DNA of 64,000 nt from an uncultured delta proteobacterium (GCA_963713045.1 CAVQKE010000004.1:288001-352000); one strand, 5' to 3'; positions 49,336 to 61,407 are shown, counted from the first letter of the stretch. Numbers and translations: made by a program. Notes: generated from the letters alone by a model not told the origin.

Positions 49336-50673
49336 GTGGCGATTGCCGCGTTGCCTGCTAGCATCCAGTCCTTGCCTGCCCGCGCCGCCCGACGTCCCTC
49401 TGCCCGGCACCTCGCACCGGCCACCCTCTGGCTCGCCCTGCTTGCCGGGCCGGCCCATTCCGAAGACGAAATCGACCGGCTGGGGTTCCCCGAGGCGCCG
49501 TCGGAGAAAAGCTGCGCGCTGCCCATGCCGCAGACCACCGAAGCGCAGCCCCTTCCACTTCTGGCGCTTCCCACACCCGGAGCCGGGAGCCGCCGTCTTG
49601 CTCCGCCGCTGGACACGGCGCGGTCGCTGTCGGCGGAGCAAGACCTCCTCGCCCGCGCGCGGCCGGACGGGACGGGGGGACTGCGTCTCGCCGGGCCGGA
49701 TGGCGGCCGCCTCCTCACCATTCAGCCCTCGCTGCAGGACGCGCTCACCCAGCTGCTGGAGAGTTACCAGACGCCCTACGCGGCCGTGGTGGTGCTGGAG
49801 CCAAGCTCGGGGCGAGTGCTGGCCATGGCCGAATACGCCCACGCCGACCGAGCGCTGCGCGGGCTGGCCACCAAGGCCCTCTTTCCGGCTGCCTCCATTT
49901 TCAAATTGGTGACGGCCACCGCGTTGTTGGACGCGGGGTTGGGGCCGGACGACGTGGGCTGTGCCCACGGCGGCAAGCGTCACATCCAAGCGCGGCTCCT
50001 CGAGGACTCGAGCGCCGACCAAACCTGTCTTTCGCTGGCCGAGGCGCTGGGGCACAGCGCGAACGCGGTCTTTGCCAAACTCACCCACCGCTACCTTCGC
50101 CCCGAGCAACTGCGGGCGGCCGCGGACGCGCTTCACTTCAATCGGCCCTTCGACTTTCCGGTGCCCACCGACGCGTCGGTGGCCCAGGTGCCGGACGACG
50201 CCTTGGGACTAGCCATCACCGGCGCCGGCTTTGGGGACGTGTACCTGTCGCCGCTTCATGGGGCGATGCTGGCCTCGGTGGCTGCCAACCGTGGGCTGTG
50301 GCGCGCGCCGGTCCTCTTCGAGGACGAGGTGAATTCGGGCCAACCGGTCGAACGGGTGCTCTCCGAGGACCAAGCGGAGGCGCTGGTGCGGATGATGGAG
50401 GAGACGGTGACGCATGGCACTGCGCGGCGATTCTTCCGCGGAGCGGCGCTGCGGACCGCGGTAGGAAAGACGGGTTCGCTGGCCGACAAGCCACCGCTGC
50501 CGTACCGCGACTACACCTGGTTTGTCGGCTTTGCCCCGCGGGACACGCCCCGGGTGGCAGTTGCCGCGGTGGTGGTGAACGACGTGCTGTGGCGCATTCA
50601 CGCCCCGTGGCTGGCCAGCGAAGCGCTGCGCCTGGTTCTGCAGGGCCCAGGTCCGCTGCACGCTCGGCGCTGA
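49336..50673 (+). CDS. Penicillin-binding transpeptidase domain protein
   Basis: SxxK 'ASIFK', SxN 'HSAN', 'GKTGS', 'WFVGFAP'. Start codon uncertain. Confidence 0.88.
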   Translation: MAIAALPASIQSLPARAARRPSARHLAPATLWLALLAGPAHSEDEIDRLGFPEAPSEKSCALPMPQTTEAQPLPLLALPTPGAGSRRLAPPLDTARSLSAEQDLLARARPDGTGGLRLAGPDGGRLLTIQPSLQDALTQLLESYQTPYAAVVVLEPSSGRVLAMAEYAHADRALRGLATKALFPAASIFKLVTATALLDAGLGPDDVGCAHGGKRHIQARLLEDSSADQTCLSLAEALGHSANAVFAKLTHRYLRPEQLRAAADALHFNRPFDFPVPTDASVAQVPDDALGLAITGAGFGDVYLSPLHGAMLASVAANRGLWRAPVLFEDEVNSGQPVERVLSEDQAEALVRMMEETVTHGTARRFFRGAALRTAVGKTGSLADKPPLPYRDYTWFVGFAPRDTPRVAVAAVVVNDVLWRIHAPWLASEALRLVLQGPGPLHARR

Positions 50674-50688
50674 GCCTGTTGTCTTGCG

Positions 50689-51825
50689 TTAGCGGCGAGG
50701 CAGCTCGACCAGCCCTTGGTCGAGGAAGCCCCGGAAGCAGCGCAGTGCGTCCAGCTCGTGAATGGGGGAGACCTGGATGATGGCTTCCACCGTGCGCTGC
50801 CCATCGACGCGGGACAAGAGGTAACGCTCCGGGGCGGAGAGCGGGAGCCGGCGCAGCACCTCGGCGTCCACACGCAAGCAGGGGACGCGGCTCCCGGAAA
50901 GCTCGGCGCGCAGCTGCTCGGTGAGTGTGGCCTCCGCTTGGCGGAGGAAGTTGGCGGTGGTGGCGGTGGGAGACAATTCATAGGCCCGCCGGGCGAGTGC
51001 CGCCGCGTCGGTAACGTTGCCAGCCTCGAGGAAGGCTTGGGCCGCGCGAAAAATCTCTTCGGCCCCTTCCTCGCTTCCGAGGACAGTGGGCACGTCCGTC
51101 CGGCTGGTCGCTGCCTCGACCGGAGCCAGCGTCACCGCTTCCAGCCGGTGCAGGGCGTACAGCCGCTGGTAGACAAAGAAGTCGGTGGAGTGCAGGCCGA
51201 GAATGAGGTCGTCGATGGTGGCCCCTTCTTCAATCATCCGCGTCAGCCGTTCATCGAGGCTGCCCGGCTCCGGAGGCTGGGCAAGGTTTTCCCGGTGCAG
51301 GATGAGGCGCGCCTGGCCCGAGGGGAAAACGGCGCGGATGGCCTTCCAGGCCGTCTCGCGCACGTCGGCCTCGCGGTAAATCTCGAGCAGCGGAACGCCC
51401 ACTTCGAGACCGGGCAGGGGAGCCGGGCCGCCTCCCGGAGTGAAGGTAAACGTTCCTTCTTCCCACGCGAATGCCGACAGCAGCGCCTCGCGAAATTTAA
51501 GCTGGAGGGCGTTGCGCACCGCCTCTTGGGTGGCCAGGCCCATGCTGACCACCGCCTGGCCGAGAAACACCCGGGTGTCCTGTTGGGCGCGGTAGGCCGC
51601 CATGTACTGGTCCTCGCTCATCTGGCCCATGTTGATGAGGAATTGCGCCAGGTAGTCGCGCGGCTGGTTGGAGCTGGCATTCACCACCGCGCCTTCGCGC
51701 AGCACCACCTGGCGCTTCTCATCGGCGCGCTCGTACTGGAGAATGCCCGTCGCCAGGCGATTGCCGAGGTAGGCGACCAGGTCCCTGAGAGGCATCGTGC
51801 CCAAGTCACCAATGAGGCCGCGCAT
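50689..51825 (-). CDS. DUF4388 (PATAN-like) domain protein
   Basis: 'GLIGDLGTMPLRDLV', 'TGIL', 'FAWEEGTFTF', C-terminal 'ERYLLSRVDGQRTVEAI..SP'. Confidence 0.85.
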   Translation of the reverse strand: MRGLIGDLGTMPLRDLVAYLGNRLATGILQYERADEKRQVVLREGAVVNASSNQPRDYLAQFLINMGQMSEDQYMAAYRAQQDTRVFLGQAVVSMGLATQEAVRNALQLKFREALLSAFAWEEGTFTFTPGGGPAPLPGLEVGVPLLEIYREADVRETAWKAIRAVFPSGQARLILHRENLAQPPEPGSLDERLTRMIEEGATIDDLILGLHSTDFFVYQRLYALHRLEAVTLAPVEAATSRTDVPTVLGSEEGAEEIFRAAQAFLEAGNVTDAAALARRAYELSPTATTANFLRQAEATLTEQLRAELSGSRVPCLRVDAEVLRRLPLSAPERYLLSRVDGQRTVEAIIQVSPIHELDALRCFRGFLDQGLVELPRR

Positions 51826-52156
51826 GAGGAGCAACAGCATCCCCCGGCCCTTGGTGGAGGTCTACTCGAAACCAGGGTGCTGTCTGTGCACGCAGGCCCT
51901 CGCTGCCATGGAAGCAGTCCGCCAGCGAGTGCCCTTCGAGTTGCTGGAGCGCGACATACGACAGGATGCCGAGCTCAACCACCGCTGGCGCTTTGACATC
52001 CCGGTGGTGTGCATCGGCGGGGAGGTGGCGCTGAAGGGCCGCGTCAGCGAGGAGGCCTTCGAGCGCTGTCTCCGACGGGCGCTGGAGAGTCCAGTCTCGT
52101 CTTCCCCAACTCCAGAACGCGCCGAAACTGGGCCGGGGTCACCGGGACGACACTGA
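51824..52156 (+). CDS. Glutaredoxin-like (DUF836) protein
   Basis: 'VEVYSKPGCCLC', 'DI..DAEL..RWRFDIPVV'. Start ATG 51824 or TTG 51851. Confidence 0.8.
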   Translation: MRSNSIPRPLVEVYSKPGCCLCTQALAAMEAVRQRVPFELLERDIRQDAELNHRWRFDIPVVCIGGEVALKGRVSEEAFERCLRRALESPVSSSPTPERAETGPGSPGRH

Positions 52157-52520
52157 GACGACCTCGGGTGAGCAGCTGAAAGTTGCGCAGCCGTCCGTCC
52201 TTGCGCATGCGCTCCAGAGGAACCGGTGCGGTGAAGGGCTGCAACGGCGCAAACTCTACGCTGGCCCAGTCTTCGTCCGGAGCGGTTGGGTCCGGCCCGG
52301 CGGTGCGCGTCACCCGGGCCACGCCCACCACCTGCTTCTCGTCGACCGAGTGGTAGTAGAGAACCAAATCCCCCAACTGCATCGCCCGCAGGTTGTTGCG
52401 CGCTTCGAAGTTGCGGACGCCCGTCCATTCCGTCCGGCCGTCCTGGACCAGCTGTGCCCAGCCGTACGCTGACGGCTCGCTCTTCACCAGCCAGTACCCG
52501 GGGACGGCCATTGGCGTCAC
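52044..52520 (-). CDS. EVE domain protein
   Basis: 'YWLVKSEP', 'WTGVRNFEARNNLRAM..GD..LYYHS', 'RLSVVPV'. Confidence 0.93.
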   Translation of the reverse strand: MTPMAVPGYWLVKSEPSAYGWAQLVQDGRTEWTGVRNFEARNNLRAMQLGDLVLYYHSVDEKQVVGVARVTRTAGPDPTAPDEDWASVEFAPLQPFTAPVPLERMRKDGRLRNFQLLTRGRLSVVPVTPAQFRRVLELGKTRLDSPAPVGDSARRPPR

Positions 52521-52530
52521 CTGGTGCAGT

Positions 52531-53169
52531 CTACCCCGCCAACAGCGGCAACAACTCGGCCGGGTGCTGGATGGTGGGAACTCCTGCCGCGGCCACCTCC
52601 CGGGCCCGGAAGCCCCACAGCACCCCCAAGGGGCGCATGCCGGCCGCGCGCGCGGTCGCGACGTCCACCAGGGTGTCGCCGACGAAAGTTACCTCGGCCG
52701 CCGGCACCTCCATTGCACGGGCCAGCTGGAGGGCCGCGGTGGGGTCGGGTTTGCGGGGGATGCCCGGACGCTCGCCGGCCACTGCGCGGAAGGGCCAGCG
52801 GCCGAGAAGGGCCTGCACCAGCTGGCGCGTCGGGCCGTCCGGCTTGTTGCTGAGCACGGCCATCGGCGTGCCTCGGGCGGTGAGGGCCTCGAGGAGCTGC
52901 GGAATTCCGGGGTAGGGCACGCTGCTTTCAAGAAGGTGCTCGGCGTAGTCCGCCTCATAGTCTTTCAGCAGGGCGCCTCGCTCCTGCTGCCGGTCGGGCG
53001 GAAGGGCGCGCTCGACCAGCTTTTGCACGCCCTCGCCGATGAAGCTGCGGTAGGCGTCCAGCGGGTGGGTGGGAAAGCCTCGGGCCGCGAGGCTGCGATT
53101 CATCGCCGCGGCGATGTCGCCGAGGCTGTCCACCAGCGTTCCGTCGAGGTCGAAGATGACGGCGCGCAT
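52531..53169 (-). CDS. HAD family hydrolase (phosphoglycolate phosphatase-like)
   Basis: 'IFDLDGTLVDS', 'LSNK', 'KPDP', 'VGDT..D', 'WGFR'. Confidence 0.93.
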   Translation of the reverse strand: MRAVIFDLDGTLVDSLGDIAAAMNRSLAARGFPTHPLDAYRSFIGEGVQKLVERALPPDRQQERGALLKDYEADYAEHLLESSVPYPGIPQLLEALTARGTPMAVLSNKPDGPTRQLVQALLGRWPFRAVAGERPGIPRKPDPTAALQLARAMEVPAAEVTFVGDTLVDVATARAAGMRPLGVLWGFRAREVAAAGVPTIQHPAELLPLLAG

Positions 53170-53170
53170 C

Positions 53171-54112
53171 TCACCGCTGGCCTTTGAGTTTCTGCACCAG
53201 CGCGCTCAGCGCGGCCCGCATCTGCGGGGGCTGCTCATCCGCGGGGGCCTCGGCGAGGAAACGGTCGAATGCGTCGGCCGCCCCGGAGTTGTCCCCGGAG
53301 CGCATCCGCATCATCCCCAAAAAGAGGAAGGCCTCGGAAGTATTGGGGTACAGCTCACTGAGGCGCTGCAGTTGATGCTCGGCCGCCTTCTCGTCGCCAC
53401 CGACCGCCACCAGGAAGGCCCGATGGACGCGCGCTTCACTCTGAAAGGGGTCGACGCCGAGCGAGCGCTCGGTCAGCTGTCGCGCCTCATCGTAATCCTG
53501 GCGTCGAAGCAACTCGTGCACCACGTGGGCGGACGTCTCGACATCCGTCGGGTTCTCCCGCACCCGGACCAACGCCGCTTCGAAAGCCGGGTCGTCGCCC
53601 TCGGCTGCTGGCTGCGCCGAATCCCGGCCCGCGGTCCCGGTCGCCTCGTCCATGCCGGTGCGAGGCTTGGCGTCGTGGGTGAGCCACAGGCCCAGGGCTC
53701 CGAAGAAGGCCACCAGAGCAGCCCCCCAGAAAGCGCCCACCAGTTGGGGGTGACGGCCGAAGAAGCCGGCCGGTGCGCTGGAGGTTGGCTCGGCGCGGCG
53801 AGGCTTGGGGGCGCTGGTGCGCGCTTCGTCCCGGGCCCGCAGGGCGTCCGCGGCCAGCTGCTCGAGCCGGCCGCGCTCCTCCTGGTAGGCCGCGGTGGCA
53901 AGCTGGTGACGGTCTGCCTCCAGCTCGCGCAGTTGGTCGAGCAGCCGGGATGCCCGCAGCTCGGCTTCCTCGGCCGCCTTGGAGGCTCCAGCACGGCGTC
54001 CTTCGGCGGCGTGGGCCCGCCCCCGACGACGGGAGAAAACCAGCACCGCGGCGGCGGCAAGCAGGCCGAGCCCGAGGACGAGCAGACCGGGAAGCCAGTC
54101 GGTGCGCATCAC
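53171..54112 (-). CDS. CcmI/CycH-like TPR membrane protein
   Basis: Two TM helices around a cytoplasmic 'LRELEAD..YQEER' loop, C-terminal TPRs. Overlaps the ccmH stop. Confidence 0.75.
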   Translation of the reverse strand: MMRTDWLPGLLVLGLGLLAAAAVLVFSRRRGRAHAAEGRRAGASKAAEEAELRASRLLDQLRELEADRHQLATAAYQEERGRLEQLAADALRARDEARTSAPKPRRAEPTSSAPAGFFGRHPQLVGAFWGAALVAFFGALGLWLTHDAKPRTGMDEATGTAGRDSAQPAAEGDDPAFEAALVRVRENPTDVETSAHVVHELLRRQDYDEARQLTERSLGVDPFQSEARVHRAFLVAVGGDEKAAEHQLQRLSELYPNTSEAFLFLGMMRMRSGDNSGAADAFDRFLAEAPADEQPPQMRAALSALVQKLKGQR

Positions 54113-54573
54113 TTCTCCAGCTCGGCGCGCACCGCGTCCAGGTAGGGGTCATGCCCGGAAGGCGCGGCCGAGCTGGGAGCCGTCTGCCGTGCGATGGGCC
54201 GTCTGCGCAACAGCCGCGCGATGACGGCGGCGCCGAACAGCACCAGCGCCACCGGGAGTAGCCACACCAGCCAGTTGGCGCCGTGGGCCGCTGGCTCGAG
54301 GAGTGCCCACTCGCCGTAGCGGGCGACGAAGTAGGTGCGAATTTCGTCGTCGGTTTTCCCTTCCACAACAAGTTCGCGGACACGGTCCATTTGGGCCCGC
54401 GCGGCGGAGGAGCCGGAGTCGGCGATGGAGAGGCCCTGGCACATCGGACAGCGGAGCAGCTTGCCGAGGGCCTGTACCCGGGCCTCTCGACTGGGGTCCA
54501 GCAGCGCGCTTCCCGCCTGCTGGGGGGCGTGCGGGGTGGCAGCGAGAAGCAAGGTCAGGACGAAGGCATTCAC
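54109..54573 (-). CDS. ccmH: Cytochrome c biogenesis protein CcmH
   Basis: 'LRCPMCQGLSIADS', 'YFVARYGE'. Confidence 0.93.
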   Translation of the reverse strand: MNAFVLTLLLAATPHAPQQAGSALLDPSREARVQALGKLLRCPMCQGLSIADSGSSAARAQMDRVRELVVEGKTDDEIRTYFVARYGEWALLEPAAHGANWLVWLLPVALVLFGAAVIARLLRRRPIARQTAPSSAAPSGHDPYLDAVRAELEK

Positions 54574-55123
54574 CGGCTTGCTCCCGGCGAACCAACCGCT
54601 TGGCGGAGGGCCTGCAGACGCCCCATCAACTCGCGCATGTCCAGAAAGGGCCCCACGAATTTGTCGCGGATAATGCCTTGCGCGTCGATGAAGTACGTCT
54701 CCGGGACGCCAGTGACGCCGTAGTCCACCGCCATGCGGGACTTGGGGTCGATGAGTTGCGGGAAACTCGGGTCCACCGGGCTGGCGAACTTTCGGGCCTC
54801 CTCTGGAGTGTCCTCGAAGATGACGCCGTAGAAATTCACCTCACCCTGAAGCCGCTGAGCGGCGCGGGCCACGGTGGGGTGCTCCTGGGCACAGGGGCCG
54901 CACCAGCTGGCCCAGAAGTTGAGGACCAGCGGCCGACCGCGCAGCTGGGCGAGGGTCACCGTCTCGCCGTTGTCCAGCCGGGTGAGCGTGAAGTCCGGGG
55001 CCGGCTTGTCCTTCAGCCCGAAGGGGACGACGTGTGGGTCCCGTCCGAAGAGGGTGGCAAAGGAAAAGATGAGGACACTCACCGCGGCCGCGACCCCCAG
55101 CAGCACCCACAGCGGTCGGCGGC

Positions 55124-55127
<4 letters not shown>
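54570..55127 (-). CDS. ccmG: Thiol:disulfide oxidoreductase CcmG/DsbE (TlpA-like)
   Basis: 'LNFWASWCGPC', 'YGVTGVPETYFID'. GTGA overlap with the ccmF stop. Confidence 0.88.
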
Positions 55128-57135
<2,008 letters not shown>

Positions 57136-57139
<4 letters not shown>

Positions 57140-57618
57140 TTCACCCTCGCGGCGGAAGTGGTGTCGGTGCTGAGGGTGTCCTTCCAGTGGTCCCCTTCGC
57201 CTGGCTTGGGAGGCCGGTATTCGTTGGAGTGGTTCACCATCAACCGGTTGGAGTTGAAGACTTGGCTTTTGTCGAACGTTCCTTCCACCACCACGCCAAT
57301 GCCCTCACGAAACATCTGCGGCGGCGTCTCCCGCACCTTCACCGGTACGCTGACCGCGGTGGGCGTTGCGTCGTTGGCCACCCGGAAGTTGAGTTCGGTG
57401 TGTCCGGTGTCCCAGGCCACGGTGCCTTTTTTCACAATCCCTCCGAGGCGGATGGTGGCGCCGTAGGCCCTGCTGCCGGCCGCCAGCATCTCCGCCGGGG
57501 TCCAGTAGTAGACGAGGTTACTGCCGAGGTTGCCGAGGACGCCGACGATGAAGGCCAGCGCTCCGCCAGCGACGAGGAGAGCTCCGAGAGCAAGCCAGGT
57601 GGTGCGCTTGAGCGCCAT
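57136..57618 (-). CDS. ccmE: Heme chaperone CcmE
   Basis: 'IRLGGIV', 'PQMFREGIGVVVEG', HxxxY 'HSNEY'. Confidence 0.93.
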
Positions 57619-57625
57619 GTTGGGG

Positions 57626-57742
57626 TTAGGGCTCCTTCCTCGGCCAGCGAAGCCAGAGGCTCAAGGCGTAGAGGGAAAGCGCGCACCAGGTGATGCCGTA
57701 AGCCGTCCAGACGTAGCTCCAGCCGCCTTGGATGTGCCCCAT
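57626..57742 (-). CDS. ccmD: Heme exporter protein CcmD
   Basis: 38 aa with 'YVWTAYGIT' plus a TM segment, between ccmC and ccmE. Confidence 0.75.
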   Translation of the reverse strand: MGHIQGGWSYVWTAYGITWCALSLYALSLWLRWPRKEP

Positions 57743-57768
57743 GGCCGCTACCACCGCGGGCAGTGGAC

Positions 57769-58527
57769 TCACGTCGCCACCTCGGCCACGTCCGCCACCA
57801 GCGGCGGCGGGGCCACTTCGCGCTCGGTGCGCGCCCGGGCGATGAGGTAGCGGGTTGAAAGGAAGACCAGCCACAGCGCGAGGAAGGCGAAGGCGTTCCA
57901 ACGCAGGGCCCGTGCCATGTCCGGGTCGACGGTGCTGGGTGAGGACTGCATCTGGTGGAGGCTTCGCCACCAGCGGACGCTGAACCAGATGATGGGGATG
58001 TCCACGGCGATGATGATGCCCACCACCGCCGACCACACCGCCCGCCGCTCAGCGTCGTCGATGAAGCGCCGCAGCGCGAGGTAGCCGGCGTAAGCCACCA
58101 ACAGAATCGCCTCGCTGGTGAGTCGTGGGTCCCAGCTCCAGTACACCCCCCAGGTGGGCTTGCCCCAGATGCTCCCCAGGACCAGGCCCAGGGCTCCGAA
58201 GAAGAGCCCCACCTCAGCCGAGGCCTCGGCCAGCGCGTCCGTCGACCAGCGGGGACGAAACAGGTAGGCCACTGAGCAAAAGAAGTTGAGCGTCACCGCC
58301 ATCAGCGCCATCCACTGCGCCGGGACATGGACGTACATGATGCGCTGGACGTCCCCCATCTCCCGGTCCGGCGGGGCTCGGAAGAGGCCGTACCAGGCCC
58401 CCGAGACCAACAGCCCAACACCGAGGGCGGCCACCGCCCAGCGGAGGCTGGCCGGCCCGCGCACCAGCGCGTAGAGGCTGCCGGACACCACCAAGATGCC
58501 AACCAGGGTGAGCAGTGCGTGGAACAT
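57769..58527 (-). CDS. ccmC: Heme exporter CcmC
   Basis: 'RIMYVHVP', 'WGKPTWGVYWSWDPRLTS', 'WWRSLHQ'. Confidence 0.95.
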   Translation of the reverse strand: MFHALLTLVGILVVSGSLYALVRGPASLRWAVAALGVGLLVSGAWYGLFRAPPDREMGDVQRIMYVHVPAQWMALMAVTLNFFCSVAYLFRPRWSTDALAEASAEVGLFFGALGLVLGSIWGKPTWGVYWSWDPRLTSEAILLVAYAGYLALRRFIDDAERRAVWSAVVGIIIAVDIPIIWFSVRWWRSLHQMQSSPSTVDPDMARALRWNAFAFLALWLVFLSTRYLIARARTEREVAPPPLVADVAEVAT

Positions 58528-58545
58528 GGGTGCCCTGAAGAGCCG

Positions 58546-59241
58546 TTAATCCTCGACGACGCGGGGGAACAGAACGAAGCCCAGACTCCAATAAACCACA
58601 TCGAAGGCGGCTAAAAGCCCAAGCCAGGACCCGAACTGAAGCATTGGGTCGCCCTCGAAGACCAGGGCGGTGGCTTTGGCCGCCGCCACCAGGGCGGGGA
58701 TGAGGAGCGGGAAGAGGAGCAAGGGGAGAAGGACGTCGCGGGCCCGCGCCTGGCTGGCGATGGCCGCATAGAGGGTCCCTGGCCCGGCGATGGCCAAAGC
58801 GCCCAGGACGAGGACGGCGGCAATGTCGGCCGGGCCCTCCACCAGCGTCACCCCCGCGAGCGCCGCCAGCACCGGCAAAATGACTGCCCCCAACAGCAGG
58901 AGCAGCACCGCGTTGGCCAGAGACTTGGCCAGAAACAGCGCCCGTGCGTCCGCTGGCGCCAACCGCAGTCCGTCCAGCGCCGCGTTCTCCTGTTCCACCC
59001 GGAAGCTTTCCCCCAGGGCGAGCACCGAGGCCAACAGGATGGACAGCCACAGCGTCCCTCCGGCTGCGCGCCGAAGAATGGTGGTGTCCGGTCCAAGCGC
59101 AAAGGAGAAGAGGAGAAGCGTCGCCAGGGCGAAGAAAACCAGCGCGTTGGCGCGCGCGCGGGTGCGCCACTCGAGCAAGAGGTCCTTACGCACCAGCACC
59201 CAGGTGGCACCAAGGAGGCTGGGAGCGCGGGCCTCGCTCAT
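58546..59241 (-). CDS. ccmB: Heme exporter CcmB
   Basis: 'KDLLLEWR', 'F..E.E...LDGL', 'LLPLLLFPL'. Confidence 0.92.
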   Translation of the reverse strand: MSEARAPSLLGATWVLVRKDLLLEWRTRARANALVFFALATLLLFSFALGPDTTILRRAAGGTLWLSILLASVLALGESFRVEQENAALDGLRLAPADARALFLAKSLANAVLLLLLGAVILPVLAALAGVTLVEGPADIAAVLVLGALAIAGPGTLYAAIASQARARDVLLPLLLFPLLIPALVAAAKATALVFEGDPMLQFGSWLGLLAAFDVVYWSLGFVLFPRVVED

Positions 59242-59876
59242 ACTGCGCTGGCCCGTCCCCCGGCCAGGTGCAGATGCTGAGTGCAGAGGCTTCGTCCGTG
59301 CTCGACTTGGTGGGTGGCCAGCACCACGGTGGTGCCTGAGCGCGACAAGCTGCGGATGTGCTCTTCCATCTCGGCCAAACCGGAGGGGTCGAGCTCGCCA
59401 AACGGCTCGTCGAGCAGCGCCAACTTCGGCTGTTTAAGAAGCAACCGAGCGATGGCGAGACGCTTCTTCATCCCGGCCGAGAAGGTCCGCACCGTCTGGT
59501 CAGCACGCCCCCGAAGTCCAGCCCGCTCCAGCAGTCCGTCGATGTCGACCAGCGGCCGGCCAAGCAGCCGTGCCAAAAGGACACAATTCTCTCGGGCGGT
59601 GAGGTCCTCGTAGAGGAAGCTGGTGTGTCCCAGGAGCGCAATGCGCGGGCGGAGGGTGGAGCGGGCGGCGACGGCGTTTTCGCCGAAGACCAGCACCTCA
59701 CCGGTGGTGGGGCGAAGCAGCGTGGCCAACAGACGCAACAGCGTCGTCTTCCCGGAGCCGTTGTGGCCGGTGAGCAAGAGGCTCGCTCCGACAGGCAGCA
59801 CGAAACTCAACCGCGCGAGGGCCCACCTCTGGCCGTAGCGCTTACTGACGTCGTTGCATTCCAGAGCGTTGGACAC
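59238..59876 (-). CDS. ccmA: Heme ABC exporter ATPase CcmA
   Basis: 'GHNGSGKTT', 'FSAGMKKR', 'LLDEP'. Directly precedes ccmB. Start uncertain. Confidence 0.9.
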   Translation of the reverse strand: MSNALECNDVSKRYGQRWALARLSFVLPVGASLLLTGHNGSGKTTLLRLLATLLRPTTGEVLVFGENAVAARSTLRPRIALLGHTSFLYEDLTARENCVLLARLLGRPLVDIDGLLERAGLRGRADQTVRTFSAGMKKRLAIARLLLKQPKLALLDEPFGELDPSGLAEMEEHIRSLSRSGTTVVLATHQVEHGRSLCTQHLHLAGGRASAV

Positions 59877-59944
59877 GTCCACAGGGGCGAGGGCGCGGGC
59901 GACCGGCAGCCCTTCCTGTCGTGTTTCAGTGTCCCGCGCAAGAT

Positions 59945-60610
59945 TCAAAGGGGCGCCTGCGTGCCCAGGGCCGTCAGCTGCCCTGGGGGCAGTGGTTCTT
60001 GGGGCGCTTGGGGGCCAGCCAGGACAGACAGCAGGGCGGCGGCAGCGGCAGCTGGGTTTTCGGCCCTCAGCACCGCGCTCTGGACGGCGACGCCTTCCAC
60101 CGCCCCCAGCCCGGCCAGTCGCTCGAGGCGGATGCCGCCCAATGCCAGCGCGGGGCACCCTGCCAGGGCGCGAAGTCGTGCATAGCCCTCGGCCCCGAGG
60201 GTGGGCCGAGAGTCGGTGGGCTTGGAGGTTGGCGGGAAGACGGGGCTCACCAGCACCAAATCCGCCCCGTCGGCGCGGGCCAACTCCATCGGATTGTGGA
60301 CGGCAGCACTCACCCAGCGGCCCTCCGGCAGGTGGCGGCGGACGTCGGCCGGGGTGGGGCCATCCACCGGCAGATGCAGGTGGGCGCCCACCAGCAGCGC
60401 GACGTCCAGGCGTCCGTTGACGAAGAAGGGGTTGGCCCAACGCCGGCAAAGCGCGGCGAGCAGGCGTGCCTCGGCCAGAAAGGCCCGCGTGCCAGCCTCC
60501 GGGTGGCGGTGCTGAATGCCCACCCGCGGACCGAGGGCACAAACCGCTTCAAGCGTCGAGAGGAGCCGTTGCTGGCCCAAGGAGAAGTCGGTGACCAGCA
60601 GGAGGCGCAG
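59945..60610 (-). CDS. thiE: Thiamine phosphate synthase ThiE/TenI family
   Basis: 'LLLVTD', 'FVNGRLDVAL..HLHL', 'SAAVH', 'SPVFPPTSK', 'ALGGI'. Start inferred at a CTG. Confidence 0.8.
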   Translation of the reverse strand: MRLLLVTDFSLGQQRLLSTLEAVCALGPRVGIQHRHPEAGTRAFLAEARLLAALCRRWANPFFVNGRLDVALLVGAHLHLPVDGPTPADVRRHLPEGRWVSAAVHNPMELARADGADLVLVSPVFPPTSKPTDSRPTLGAEGYARLRALAGCPALALGGIRLERLAGLGAVEGVAVQSAVLRAENPAAAAAALLSVLAGPQAPQEPLPPGQLTALGTQAPL

Positions 60611-60624
60611 CGCCCGAGCCCCCC

Positions 60625-61398
60625 TTAGCCCAGCAGCCCGTCGAGGGGACTGGACGCGGAGCCGTACGCTTTCCGCGGAATTCGGCCCGCGAGAAACGCC
60701 TCGCGGCCGGCCTCGATGCCCAGCTTCATGGCCCGGGCCATCCGGACCGGGTCCCGAGCTTCGGCCACGGCAGTGTTGAGGAGCACGCCGTCGCACCCCA
60801 GCTCCATCGCCACCGCGACGTCCGATGCCGTTCCGACGCCGGCGTCGACAATGACTGGCACCTTCACCGCCTCGCGGAGGAGTCGAAGGTGGTGCGGATT
60901 GCGAATGCCGAGGCCTGAACCTATTGGCGCGGCCAAGGGCATGACGGCCGCGCAGCCAGCGTCCTCGAGCTTGCGTGCGATGATGAGGTCATCGGTGGTG
61001 TAGGGAAGGACGACGAAGCCTTCCTTCACCAGCGTCCGGGCCGCCGAGAGTGTCTGCTCGACGTCCGGGAAAAGCGTCTTCTCGTCTCCCAGCACCTCGA
61101 GCTTCACCCAGTGACTCATTCCCAGCTCTCGAGCGAGGCGACAGGTGCGGACCGCCTCCTCGGCGCTGTAGCAGAGGGCGGTATTGGGAAGCAGCGTGAC
61201 GCGGGAGGTGTCTATCCAGCTGAGGAGGGACGCAGCGCCTTCCGCCTTGAGGTCCAAGCGGCGCACGGCGACGGTGACCAGCTGTGCGCCCGAGGCCTCG
61301 TGGCAACGCTGCATCACTTCAAAGCTGGGGTATTTCCCAGTGCCGATGAGCAGCCGCGAGGTGAAGCGCTTGCCAGCGATGACCAAAGCGTCGTCCAT
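60625..61398 (-). CDS. thiG: Thiazole synthase ThiG
   Basis: '[10 protein letters not shown]', 'LPNTA', 'WVKLEV', '[12 protein letters not shown]', 'DAGVGTASD', 'ASSP'. Confidence 0.97.
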   Translation of the reverse strand: MDDALVIAGKRFTSRLLIGTGKYPSFEVMQRCHEASGAQLVTVAVRRLDLKAEGAASLLSWIDTSRVTLLPNTALCYSAEEAVRTCRLARELGMSHWVKLEVLGDEKTLFPDVEQTLSAARTLVKEGFVVLPYTTDDLIIARKLEDAGCAAVMPLAAPIGSGLGIRNPHHLRLLREAVKVPVIVDAGVGTASDVAVAMELGCDGVLLNTAVAEARDPVRMARAMKLGIEAGREAFLAGRIPRKAYGSASSPLDGLLG

Positions 61399-61407
61399 GG
61401 CACGCTT

